A stretch of 64,000 nt of DNA from an uncultured Noviherbaspirillum sp. (GCA_963522035.1 CAUQYP010000005.1:2353-66352); one strand, 5' to 3'; shown: positions 55,638 through 64,000, counted from the stretch's first letter. Program-made: numbers and translations. Notes: generated by a model from the letters alone, not told the origin.

Positions 55638-56054
55638 TTGATTGGCAATGACATCGATATAAAGGTTGTTCCGCTGCGCGCCGATGAAGATGTCGTGCGC
55701 ATGCGGCAGGCCGTGCGCGAATGCCTGGTGTCCGCCGGTTTTTCACTGATCGACCAGACCAAGATGATTACTGCCGCCAGCGAACTGGGACGCAACACGC
55801 TGCGTTACGGCGGCGGCGGCGAGGCGCACATACAGAAAGTGGCCGATGGCGGCCGCCGCGGCGTGACCCTGAGTTTCGTCGACCAGGGCCCGGGCATTGC
55901 CGACGTCGAACTGGCGCTGACCGATGGCTACACGACCGGCAACGGCATGGGCCTGGGCCTCTCCGGCGCGCGCCGGCTGGCCGACGAGTTCGAGCTGACC
56001 ACGGCGCCCGGCGCGGGCACCACGGTGCGCATCTCGAAATGGAAGTTGTTTTGA
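55638..56054 (+). CDS. rsbT: stressosome serine/threonine kinase RsbT (GHKL, HATPase_c_2-type)
   Basis: 138 aa with a TTG start. N-box ASELGRNTLRYG and G-boxes DQGPGI and GMGLGLSGARRLADEFEL are present. Confidence 0.85.
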   Translation: MIGNDIDIKVVPLRADEDVVRMRQAVRECLVSAGFSLIDQTKMITAASELGRNTLRYGGGGEAHIQKVADGGRRGVTLSFVDQGPGIADVELALTDGYTTGNGMGLGLSGARRLADEFELTTAPGAGTTVRISKWKLF

Positions 56055-57073
56055 CTTCGCTGCCGCCCCAGACCATCCATCACGTCGGTGAAAGCAGCGC
56101 CATTTCAGCGGTGCGCCGCGCAGGCAGCTACCTGGCGACGGCGCTGGGCATGGACGAAACCGTTGCGGGCCGGGTGGCGCTGGTCATTACCGAAGCAGCG
56201 ACCAACATCCTCAAGCATGCCGGCAGCGGCGACATCCTGCTGCGCGGCCTGGCTGCCGGCGACGCGCGCGGCATCGAGGTTCTGGCGATCGACAAGGGAC
56301 CGGGTTTCAGCAACCTCGAGCAGGCGATGCGCGACGGCATGTCGACTACCGGCAGCTACGGCGTCGGCATGGGCGCGATGCAGCGGCTGGCCGACGAGTT
56401 CGACCTGCATGCCGACGCCACCCACGGCAGCGCGCTGCGGATGGCGGTATGGACGCCGGACCCGGTGCCAGCACAGCCTGAATGGGCTGTCGGCGCAGTC
56501 TGCCTGCCGCTTCCCAGCGAAGAGGAATGCGGCGACGCCTGGCACTGCGCCTGCAAGGACGGCCAACTGTTGCTGATGGTGGCCGACGGCCTCGGCCACG
56601 GGCCGGAAGCGGCACGCGCTTCCAATGCCGCCGTGGCAATGGTACGGCCGGACAACACCTTCGTGCCTGCTGCGATGCTGCAGTTGGCGCATGGCGCGCT
56701 GAACGGCACCCGCGGCGCGGCGGCGGCAGTCGCCTGCCTGGACGGCGCCGCCAACACCTTGTTCTTTGCCGGCATCGGCAACATCAGCGTGTCGCTGCAT
56801 GGCGGCGACAATTCGCGCCACCTGGTTTCGCACAATGGCATCGTCGGCAGCAATATGCGCAAGGTGCAGGAGTTCACCATGCCGTTGACCGATGACGCCA
56901 TCCTGATCATGCATAGCGACGGCATCGGCACGCGCTGGGACCTGGAGCGCTACCCTGGCCTGTCGCAGCGCCACCCGGCGCTGATTGCGGCGGTGCTGTA
57001 CCGCGACCATGTCCGCGGCCGCGACGACGCCAGCATCGTGGTCGCGCAGCGCCAGTATGGAGGCAGCCGATGA
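56039..57073 (+). CDS. RsbW/RsbT-like GHKL domain fused to a PP2C (SpoIIE/RsbX-type) serine phosphatase
   Basis: N-terminal domain: ITEAATNILKHAG...IDKGPGF...GVGMGAMQRLADEFDL. C-terminal domain: CGDAWHC...LLMVADGLGHGPEAARAS...IMHSDGI...DDASIVV. The start is either ATG 56039 (16-nt overlap with rsbT) or in-frame TTG 56051 (TTGA overlap). Confidence 0.8.
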   Translation: MEVVLTSLPPQTIHHVGESSAISAVRRAGSYLATALGMDETVAGRVALVITEAATNILKHAGSGDILLRGLAAGDARGIEVLAIDKGPGFSNLEQAMRDGMSTTGSYGVGMGAMQRLADEFDLHADATHGSALRMAVWTPDPVPAQPEWAVGAVCLPLPSEEECGDAWHCACKDGQLLLMVADGLGHGPEAARASNAAVAMVRPDNTFVPAAMLQLAHGALNGTRGAAAAVACLDGAANTLFFAGIGNISVSLHGGDNSRHLVSHNGIVGSNMRKVQEFTMPLTDDAILIMHSDGIGTRWDLERYPGLSQRHPALIAAVLYRDHVRGRDDASIVVAQRQYGGSR

Positions 57074-58872
57074 CGCTGCGCATACTGAGCGTGAGCATAC
57101 GCGCCGAGCTCGACGTGGTCGCCTGCCGCCAGCGGGCGCGGCAGATCGCCGCGCTGTGCGGCTTCGGCCTGCAGGACCAGGCGCGCATCGCGACCGCGGC
57201 GTCGGAAGTCGCCCGCAATGTGTACAACTATGCAGCGCCAGGGCGCGCCGAATTCCTGATCGAGGGCGAGACCGTGCCGCAGGTGCTGACCATCCGCATC
57301 GAGGACCAGGGGCCGGGCATTGCCGATCTCGACCGCATCCTGGCTGGCCAGTACAAGTCGCAGACCGGCATGGGCGTGGGCCTGGTCGGCGCCCAGCGCC
57401 TGATGGACCGCTTCACGATCGACACCCGGCCTGGCGTGGGCACCGTCGTCGAACTGCGCAGGCTGCTCCCGGCGCAGGCGCCGCTGCTCACGCCAGCGCT
57501 GGTCGGCGACATCGGCGCCCGCCTGGCGGCGCTGCCGAGCGATGCGACGCTGACCGAAGTCCAGCAGCAGAACCGCGAACTGCTCAACACCCTGGCCGAG
57601 CTCAAGGCGCGCCAGGAAGAACTGCTGCAGCTTACCCGCGAGCTTGAAGACACCAACCGCGGCGTGGTGGCGCTCTATGCCGAGCTCGATGAAAAGGCCG
57701 GCCACTTGCGCCGCGCCGATGAAATGAAGTCGCGCTTCCTGTCCAACATGAGCCATGAATTCCGCACGCCGCTCAGCTCCATCCGCGCGCTGTCCAAGCT
57801 GCTGCTGGACCGGGTCGACGGCGAACTCACGGTGGAACAGGAAAAGCAGGTCAACTTCATCCTGCGCGGCGCGGAAGACCTGTCCGAACTGGTAAACGAC
57901 CTGCTCGACCTGGCCAAGATCGAGGCCGGCAAGATCGACATACGGCCAGGCCGCTTTGCTGTTGCAGACCTGTTTTCCGCCCTGCGCGGCATGCTCAGGC
58001 CGCTGCTGGTCAGCGAATCGGTTCGACTCGAGTTCGACGAGGCGGGCGACTTGCCGGACCTGTACACCGATGAGGCCAAGGTATCGCAGATCCTGCGCAA
58101 TTTCATTTCCAACGCGCTGAAATTTACCGATGCCGGGGAAGTCCGGGTCAGCGCGGCATGCCTGCCCGAAGAGGCGGCAGTGCGGATCTCGGTGCGCGAC
58201 ACCGGCGTCGGCATTCCGGAAGCCAGCCAGCAGCTGGTGTTCGAGGAATTCACGCAGATTGAAAACCGCTTGCAGAAGCGCGTCAAGGGCACCGGCCTGG
58301 GCCTGCCGCTGTGCCGCAAGCTGGCCAGCCTGCTGGGCGGCCGTGTCGAATTGCAAAGCACGCTGGGCGTAGGCTCGACCTTTTCCGTGGTGTTGCCGGT
58401 GCGCTGCGCCATGCAGCAGCCGCGCAGCGAAGCGCCTGCCGGGGCTGTGGCCGTGCCAGGCGCGGCAGACCATCGGCAGCCGGTGCTGGTGGTCGAAGAC
58501 GAGGAATCGACCCGCCTGCTGTATGAGCGCTTCCTGTTCGGCTCGGCATTCCGGCCGGTCTTTGCGGTCAGCGTACGCGAGGCAGACGAGCAGTGGCTGG
58601 CCCAGCCGCCCGTGGCCGTCCTGCTGGACGTGTCCCTGAAAGGCCAGGATTCCTGGCGCTGGCTGACCGACATCAAGAACGACCCGCGCCGGGCAAGCGT
58701 GCCGGTGGTGCTGGCTACCGAGACCGACGACAAGCGCAAGGGCCTGGCGCTTGGCGCGGATGCTTACTACATCAAGCCGCTTTCCCGCCTGGAACTGCTG
58801 TCGACACTGGATTTCCTCACCAGTGGCAAGCCCAGCGCGGATGCCGGGCAACCTACGGAGAACCCCTCGTGA
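57070..58872 (+). CDS. hybrid sensor histidine kinase: RsbT/RsbW-like GHKL domain, coiled coil, HisKA, HATPase_c, receiver
   Basis: 600 aa. N-domain: ASEVARNVYNYA...DQGPGI...GMGVGLVGAQRLMDRFTI. Coiled coil: LTEVQQQNRELLNTLAELKARQEELLQLTRELEDTN. H-box SNMSHEFRTPL, G-box GTGLGLPLCRKLA. Receiver: VLVVEDEE...VLLDVSL...YYIKP. An ATGA overlap links it to the upstream gene. Confidence 0.88.
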   Translation: MTLRILSVSIRAELDVVACRQRARQIAALCGFGLQDQARIATAASEVARNVYNYAAPGRAEFLIEGETVPQVLTIRIEDQGPGIADLDRILAGQYKSQTGMGVGLVGAQRLMDRFTIDTRPGVGTVVELRRLLPAQAPLLTPALVGDIGARLAALPSDATLTEVQQQNRELLNTLAELKARQEELLQLTRELEDTNRGVVALYAELDEKAGHLRRADEMKSRFLSNMSHEFRTPLSSIRALSKLLLDRVDGELTVEQEKQVNFILRGAEDLSELVNDLLDLAKIEAGKIDIRPGRFAVADLFSALRGMLRPLLVSESVRLEFDEAGDLPDLYTDEAKVSQILRNFISNALKFTDAGEVRVSAACLPEEAAVRISVRDTGVGIPEASQQLVFEEFTQIENRLQKRVKGTGLGLPLCRKLASLLGGRVELQSTLGVGSTFSVVLPVRCAMQQPRSEAPAGAVAVPGAADHRQPVLVVEDEESTRLLYERFLFGSAFRPVFAVSVREADEQWLAQPPVAVLLDVSLKGQDSWRWLTDIKNDPRRASVPVVLATETDDKRKGLALGADAYYIKPLSRLELLSTLDFLTSGKPSADAGQPTENPS

Positions 58873-58885
58873 GGCAGTTGCAGCC

Positions 58886-60400
58886 ATGAACGCAAGCACG
58901 CAAGATTCGCTGGTGCTGAATGTCGATGACAACGACGGCGCCCGCTATGCCAAATCGCGCATCCTGACGCGCGCAGGATTGCGGGTCATCGAAGCGGCAA
59001 GCGGGGGCGAGGCGCTGCAGATGGCGCGGGAAAACCAGCCTGACCTGGTGCTGCTGGACATGAAGCTGCCGGACATCCACGGCATGGAAGTATGCCGCAT
59101 GCTCAAGCAGGATCCCGGCACCAGTTCGGTCCTGGTGCTGCAGACGTCGGCCTCCTACCTGAGCAGCGCCGACAAGATCCGCGCGCTGGACGGCGGCGCC
59201 GACAATTACCTGTTCGAGCCGATCGAACCGGAAGAACTGGTGGCCAATGTCAGGGCACTGCTGCGGCTGGGCCGGGTCGAGCGCCAGCTGCGCGAGAGCG
59301 ACCGCCAGAAAGACGAGTTCCTGGCAACGCTGGCGCATGAGCTGCGCAATCCGCTGGGCCCGATACGCAACGCGGTGGAACTCCTGCGCCAGCTGGGCAA
59401 CGATGCACCCGAACAGCAGGAGCAGGCGCGCCACACCATCGTGCGCCAGACCAATCACCTGGTGCGCCTGGTGGACGACCTGCTGGACGTTTCCCGCATC
59501 AACCAGGGCAAGATCACGCTGCGGCGCGAGCCGGCCGAGCTGTCCGCCTTCGTCGGCGCCGCGCTCGAAACCGTGCAGCCCATCATGCAGGCACGCCAGC
59601 ATGCGTTAAGCGTCAGCCTGCCGCCGCAGGTGGTGACGCTCTTCGGCGACAATGTGCGCCTGGCGCAGATCGTCGGCAACCTGCTGCACAATGCCGCCAA
59701 GTTCACGCCGGTCGGCGGCCAGATCGCGCTGGATGCGACGCTGGACGGCAGCACGCTGGTGCTGCGCATCAGCGACAACGGCATCGGCGTCCCGGCCACC
59801 AGCGTCGGCAAGATCTTTGAACTGTTCGCCCAGGCCCAGCACGTGCCGGACCGGGTCCAGGACGGGCTGGGCATCGGCCTGTCGCTGGTGCGCAAGCTCG
59901 TCGAGCTGCATGGCGGCACGGTGTCGGTCAGCAGCGAAGGAGAAGGCCTGGGCAGCACCTTCGAAGTGCGCCTGCCGGTCATGCAGGCCGGCCGTCTCGC
60001 GCAGCCGGTGAAGGAAATCCCGGCCAAAGCCGACGCCACGGCCGGTTACCGCATTTTAGTGGTCGACGACAGCGTCGATTCGGCGAGCATGCTGTGTGCG
60101 CTGCTGGAAATCAGCGGCCACTTGGTCGCCACCAGCAATACCGGCAGCGACGCGATTGCCTCTGCAACGCAATTCCATCCGGAAATCGTTTTCCTGGATA
60201 TCGGCTTGCCCGACATGACCGGCTATGAAGTCGCGGCAAGGATGCGCCGGCTGCCCGGCATGCAAGGGGTCAAGCTGGTCGCACTGACCGGCTACGGGCA
60301 GGAAAAAGACAAGCAGGACGCCAGGAACGCCGGTTTCGACCATCACCTGGTCAAGCCGATCAATTTCGATGCGCTGACGGCGTTGACGACGCGGGCGTGA
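58886..60400 (+). CDS. hybrid histidine kinase: receiver, HisKA, HATPase_c, receiver
   Basis: 504 aa from ATG 58886. REC1: LVLNVDDND...LVLLDMKLPD. H-box: ATLAHELRNPL. G-box: GLGIGLSLVRKLVELHGG. REC2: ILVVDDSVD...IVFLDIGLPDMTG...HLVKP. Confidence 0.88.
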   Translation: MNASTQDSLVLNVDDNDGARYAKSRILTRAGLRVIEAASGGEALQMARENQPDLVLLDMKLPDIHGMEVCRMLKQDPGTSSVLVLQTSASYLSSADKIRALDGGADNYLFEPIEPEELVANVRALLRLGRVERQLRESDRQKDEFLATLAHELRNPLGPIRNAVELLRQLGNDAPEQQEQARHTIVRQTNHLVRLVDDLLDVSRINQGKITLRREPAELSAFVGAALETVQPIMQARQHALSVSLPPQVVTLFGDNVRLAQIVGNLLHNAAKFTPVGGQIALDATLDGSTLVLRISDNGIGVPATSVGKIFELFAQAQHVPDRVQDGLGIGLSLVRKLVELHGGTVSVSSEGEGLGSTFEVRLPVMQAGRLAQPVKEIPAKADATAGYRILVVDDSVDSASMLCALLEISGHLVATSNTGSDAIASATQFHPEIVFLDIGLPDMTGYEVAARMRRLPGMQGVKLVALTGYGQEKDKQDARNAGFDHHLVKPINFDALTALTTRA

Positions 60401-60587
60401 AACTTGGGTACACAGGTGGCGCAGCCTGGGTGCAGCGATTTTTGAACCCTGTCCCCATCCCGGCCCCGCGCGGCAAACACCCCTCCCCCGCATGGTATGC
60501 TTGCCCCTCGACACGCGTGCGGCCAGCCAGCCAATAGCAAACTTCCCGCCGCACTAGTAGAAACCAACACAAAAGCGACGGTAAACC

Positions 60588-61880
60588 GTGGGACTCTTCG
60601 GGCTTTTCGGAAAAAAAGATGCGCACCTCCCGTCTGGCGACAAGCAGGCGCCGCGTTCCCGCGCGCCCGCAGGCACGGCGCCCGACACCGAACAGCAACG
60701 CCAGCGCACCGACCGCGCCACCGACACTGCCAGGAAGATCGACGCCATCGAGTCCGAGATGTCGTCTGAATTCGTCCCCACCCACCTGCTTACAGCCAAC
60801 AGCCAGGCTGCTCCCGACACCAGCCAGCCCCAAGCCGCCCTGCCCGACCTGGCCAATTCCACCGACATGCTGCTCGGCGTCGACCTGCGCGGCCCCGGCC
60901 TTGAACTGAATGCATCGCAGGCCGCGCCGGTGCTGGAGGAAGCCGCCATCCTGTTCGCCAACGAGCAGGATGCGGTGGCAGAGCAGATGCTGCGGATGGC
61001 GATTGCCGACAACGCCGAGGCGGGCACGGACGCCTGGCTGATGCTGTTCGACCTGTACCAGGCAACCGCCCGGCAAACCGAATTCGAACATCTTTCTATC
61101 GATTACGCCCAACGTTTCGAAACCTCGCCGCCCGCATGGCGCAAGTCTGTAACCGCGCTGCCTGGCGGGCGCACGCTGCCGTCGGTGGCCTTTGCCGGCA
61201 AGCTCGACGCCGGCATCATCAAGCTGGTGGAGCGGGTGCAGAAGATCGCCGACGAGCACCAGGCGCTGCGCCTCGAATTTGGGCGCGTGACCGAGGTTGC
61301 GCCGGTAGGCTGCGGCCTCCTGCTGCGCATGCTGAAGAAACTGCAGAACCATGATGTGTCGGTGACCGGCGCCAACGAACTCGCGGCCCGCATCCGTGCC
61401 ATTATCGAACTTGGCCGCCGCGACGAGACCGAGGCGCCATGGCTGCTGCTGCTGGAAATACTGCGACTGCAGAACCGCGAACATGACTTCGAGGAAACCA
61501 GCATCGATTACTGCATCACCTTCGAAGTGTCGCCGCCGCCTTTCGTGCCACCGGTGCATCGCAGCGGCCAGCAGCAGGAAGAGCCGGAAGATGGCGCCGG
61601 CGGCAGTGTGTTCCTGATGCCGGTCGTTGTCGACAATCGCACAGACCAGTTGCTGGCAGCTATCAACAGCCATGCTTCGCTGCATGATCCGTTGGTCCTG
61701 GATTGCTCACGTCTGGAACGCGTCGACTTCAGCGCTGCCGGTCAGCTGATGATGGGACTGGCGCCACTCGCCCGTAACGGCAAGGCCATTGAAATGCATG
61801 ACGCAAGCCGGCTGGTCATTGCCCTGTTCTCGATGATCGGCCTGACCGACATTGCACGCGTCCTGCCGCGCCGCTATTGA
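60588..61880 (+). CDS. uncharacterised protein with a disordered N-region and two tandem [helical motif plus STAS-like] modules
   Basis: 430 aa with a GTG start. The internal repeat is DAWLMLFDLYQATARQTEFEHLSIDYAQRFETSPPAW (aa 148-184) versus APWLLLLEILRLQNREHDFEETSIDYCITFEVSPPPF (aa 283-319). Each copy is followed by a STAS-like segment. The last one reads LVLDCSRLERVDFSAAGQLMMGL...GLTDIARVLP. Confidence 0.6.
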   Translation: MGLFGLFGKKDAHLPSGDKQAPRSRAPAGTAPDTEQQRQRTDRATDTARKIDAIESEMSSEFVPTHLLTANSQAAPDTSQPQAALPDLANSTDMLLGVDLRGPGLELNASQAAPVLEEAAILFANEQDAVAEQMLRMAIADNAEAGTDAWLMLFDLYQATARQTEFEHLSIDYAQRFETSPPAWRKSVTALPGGRTLPSVAFAGKLDAGIIKLVERVQKIADEHQALRLEFGRVTEVAPVGCGLLLRMLKKLQNHDVSVTGANELAARIRAIIELGRRDETEAPWLLLLEILRLQNREHDFEETSIDYCITFEVSPPPFVPPVHRSGQQQEEPEDGAGGSVFLMPVVVDNRTDQLLAAINSHASLHDPLVLDCSRLERVDFSAAGQLMMGLAPLARNGKAIEMHDASRLVIALFSMIGLTDIARVLPRRY

Positions 61881-61989
61881 GCGTGCGTTGACCGCCTTGT
61901 AATTGATCTGGCTGGCCCCATTTTTCTTGTTCGGACCGGCGCCGCCAGTGGTTGCGATGCCGCCGGCCGATTCAATTCAGGGGCAACGC

Positions 61990-62526
61990 ATGGAACAATT
62001 TCACGGAACCACCATCCTGTCCGTGCGCCGCGGCAATATCGTGGCGCTGGGCGGCGATGGCCAGGTAACGCTGGGCAATATCGTCGTCAAGGGCACGGCG
62101 CGCAAGGTGCGCAAGCTGCACCAGGGCAAGGTGCTGGCAGGATTTGCCGGCGGCACCGCCGACGCGTTCACGCTGCTGGAGCGGTTCGAAGCCAAGCTCG
62201 ACAAGCACCAGGGCAACCTGATGCGCTCATCGGTCGAACTGGCCAAGGACTGGCGCACTGACCGCATGCTGCGCCGGCTCGAAGCCATGCTGCTGGTTGC
62301 TGACCGCGAGTCCACGCTCATCATCACCGGCAACGGCGACGTGCTCGAGCCGAACGATGGCATCGGCGCCATTGGTTCAGGCGGCGTCTATGCGCAGTCG
62401 GCCGCCAAGGCGCTGCAGGAAAACACCGACCTGTCGCCGGAAGAGATCGTCAAGCGTTCGCTGACCATCGCCGGCGAGCTGTGCATCTACACCAATCTTT
62501 CGCACATCATCGAGACGCTGGAATAA
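61990..62526 (+). CDS. hslV: ATP-dependent protease subunit HslV
   Basis: [30 protein letters not shown]... with the N-terminal Thr nucleophile context. The start is set at ATG 61990. Confidence 0.96.
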   Translation: MEQFHGTTILSVRRGNIVALGGDGQVTLGNIVVKGTARKVRKLHQGKVLAGFAGGTADAFTLLERFEAKLDKHQGNLMRSSVELAKDWRTDRMLRRLEAMLLVADRESTLIITGNGDVLEPNDGIGAIGSGGVYAQSAAKALQENTDLSPEEIVKRSLTIAGELCIYTNLSHIIETLE

Positions 62527-62569
62527 GCGTTCATCAGCATTCGCCTTGCAGCACACAATGGGATACAAC

Positions 62570-63907
62570 ATGAACATGACGCCTCCGGAGATCGTCTCCG
62601 AACTCGACAAGCACGTGGTCGGCCAGGGCCGCGCCAAGCGCGCAGTCGCCATTGCGCTGCGCAACCGCTGGCGCCGCCAGCAGGTAGCCGAGCCGCTGCG
62701 CCACGAAATCACGCCGAAGAACATCCTGATGATCGGGCCAACCGGCGTGGGCAAGACCGAGATTGCGCGTCGCCTGGCCAAGCTGGCCGATGCGCCCTTC
62801 ATCAAGGTCGAAGCCACCAAGTTCACCGAAGTCGGTTATGTCGGCCGTGACGTCGACACCATCATCCGCGACCTGATCGACATCGGCATCAAGCAGACCC
62901 GCGAGCATGAAAAACGCAAGATGATGACGCGTGCCGAAGAAGCGGCCGAAGACCGGGTGCTCGACATCCTGCTGCCGCCGGCGCGCGACTTCGGCTTCAA
63001 TAACGGTGCCAGCGCCGAGAATAGCAGCGACAACAGCACGCGCCAGACTTTCCGCAAGCGTTTGCGGGAAGGCTCGCTGAACGACCGCGAGATCGAGATC
63101 GAGCTGGCCGAAGCCGCGCCGCAGATGGAAATCATGGCGCCGCCCGGCATGGAGGAAATGACCGAGCAGATCAAGTCCATGTTTTCCGGCATGGGTGCGA
63201 GCCGCAAGAAGTCGCGCAAGGTGAAGATCAGCGAGGCGATGAAGCTGCTGACAGAAGAGGAAGCGGGCAAGCTGGTCAACGAGGATGAACTGAAGCAGAA
63301 GGCGATTGCCAACGTGGAGCAGAACGGCATCGTGTTCCTCGACGAGATCGACAAGATCGCGTCGCGTTCGGAGTCCGGCGGCGCCGACGTCTCCCGCGCC
63401 GGCGTGCAGCGCGATCTGCTGCCGCTGGTCGAGGGTACGACGGTCAACACCAAGTACGGCATGGTCAAGACCGACCACATCCTGTTCATCGCGTCGGGCG
63501 CGTTCCACCTGTCGCGGCCGTCGGACCTGATCCCGGAGCTGCAGGGCCGCTTTCCGATCCGGGTCGAACTGGACTCGCTGTCGATCGCCGACTTCGAGCG
63601 CATCCTGACCGGCACCGACGCCTGCCTGACGCGGCAGTACGAAGCGCTGCTGGGAACCGAGGACGTCAGGGTCGACTTCCGCGACGATGGTATCCGCCGG
63701 CTTGCCGAGATCGCTTATTCGGTCAACGAGAAAACCGAGAACATCGGCGCGCGCCGGCTGTACACGGTGATGGAAAAGCTGCTGGAGGAGCTGTCGTACT
63801 CGGCCAGCGACACGCAGGAAAAAACCCTGGTGATCGATGCTGCGTATGTGGATGAGCGGCTGGGCGAGCTGGCGGTGAACGAGGATTTGTCGCGTTACGT
63901 TCTGTAG
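62570..63907 (+). CDS. hslU: ATP-dependent protease ATPase subunit HslU
   Basis: [19 protein letters not shown]..., Walker [16 protein letters not shown], Walker B VFLDEIDK. The start is chosen at ATG 62570; ATG 62558 is an alternative. Confidence 0.96.
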   Translation: MNMTPPEIVSELDKHVVGQGRAKRAVAIALRNRWRRQQVAEPLRHEITPKNILMIGPTGVGKTEIARRLAKLADAPFIKVEATKFTEVGYVGRDVDTIIRDLIDIGIKQTREHEKRKMMTRAEEAAEDRVLDILLPPARDFGFNNGASAENSSDNSTRQTFRKRLREGSLNDREIEIELAEAAPQMEIMAPPGMEEMTEQIKSMFSGMGASRKKSRKVKISEAMKLLTEEEAGKLVNEDELKQKAIANVEQNGIVFLDEIDKIASRSESGGADVSRAGVQRDLLPLVEGTTVNTKYGMVKTDHILFIASGAFHLSRPSDLIPELQGRFPIRVELDSLSIADFERILTGTDACLTRQYEALLGTEDVRVDFRDDGIRRLAEIAYSVNEKTENIGARRLYTVMEKLLEELSYSASDTQEKTLVIDAAYVDERLGELAVNEDLSRYVL

Positions 63908-64000
63908 GCGCTGATCGCTTGTAATCGTAGGGGGTTTCCATACGGGAAGCGCATTGCCGCCTACGCTTTTGTCAACATGACGATAGGTTCAACGGCGTTG

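Noticed and set aside
54359-61685. Long minus-strand ORFs across the signalling cluster: 54359..55798, 56105..57010, 56950..58932, 58853..59602 and 60360..61685.
   Set aside because: The plus strand carries canonical STAS, GHKL, PP2C, HisKA and REC motifs in a tightly coupled operon. The antisense ORFs have no motifs and show typical high-GC composition.

Overview
This is a 64-kb core-chromosome window of roughly 60% GC. Gene content and order look betaproteobacterial, Burkholderiales-like; that placement is an inference from synteny only.

Centre (11.9-47.4 kb): everything is on the minus strand and forms an essentially complete translation/transcription super-cluster. In transcription order it reads tRNA-Tyr, tRNA-Gly, tRNA-Thr, tuf, tRNA-Trp, secE, nusG, rplKAJL, rpoBC. 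A plus-strand phosphoethanolamine-transferase gene is inserted next. The cluster then continues rpsL, rpsG, fusA, tuf, rpsJ, rplCDWB, rpsS, rplV, rpsC, rplP, rpmC, rpsQ, rplNXE, rpsNH, rplFR, rpsE, rpmD, rplO, secY, infA, rpmJ, rpsMKD, rpoA, rplQ.

Left flank (1-11.9 kb):
- cytochrome c biogenesis genes (cytochrome c4, resB, ccsA)
- engB, hemB and a CorA-family channel
- a 1-Cys peroxiredoxin and cutA-dsbD
- a NodIJ-like ABC-2 exporter

Right flank (47.6-64 kb):
- a kefF/kefC-type K+ efflux pair, a DHA2 MFS pump and a DUF2905 peptide
- a MidA-type methyltransferase and an SDR plus folB-like pair
- a six-gene stressosome-type signalling cluster: RsbR-RsbS-RsbT, a GHKL-fused PP2C phosphatase and two hybrid histidine kinases
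- an internally duplicated STAS-like protein, then hslVU

I saw no rRNA, CRISPR array, IS/transposase, integrase, phage gene or recognisable defence gene.

Most of the window is ordinary, highly conserved housekeeping DNA. The items worth a second look are:
- the stressosome-to-phosphorelay cluster, whose output is unknown
- the adjacent twofold-repeat STAS protein
- the EptA/MCR-family gene wedged head-on between rpsL and rpoC
- several structured, unusually long spacers inside the ribosomal-protein operons, which may be lineage-specific regulatory leaders

The many long antisense or alternate-frame ORFs in the track are high-GC artefacts.
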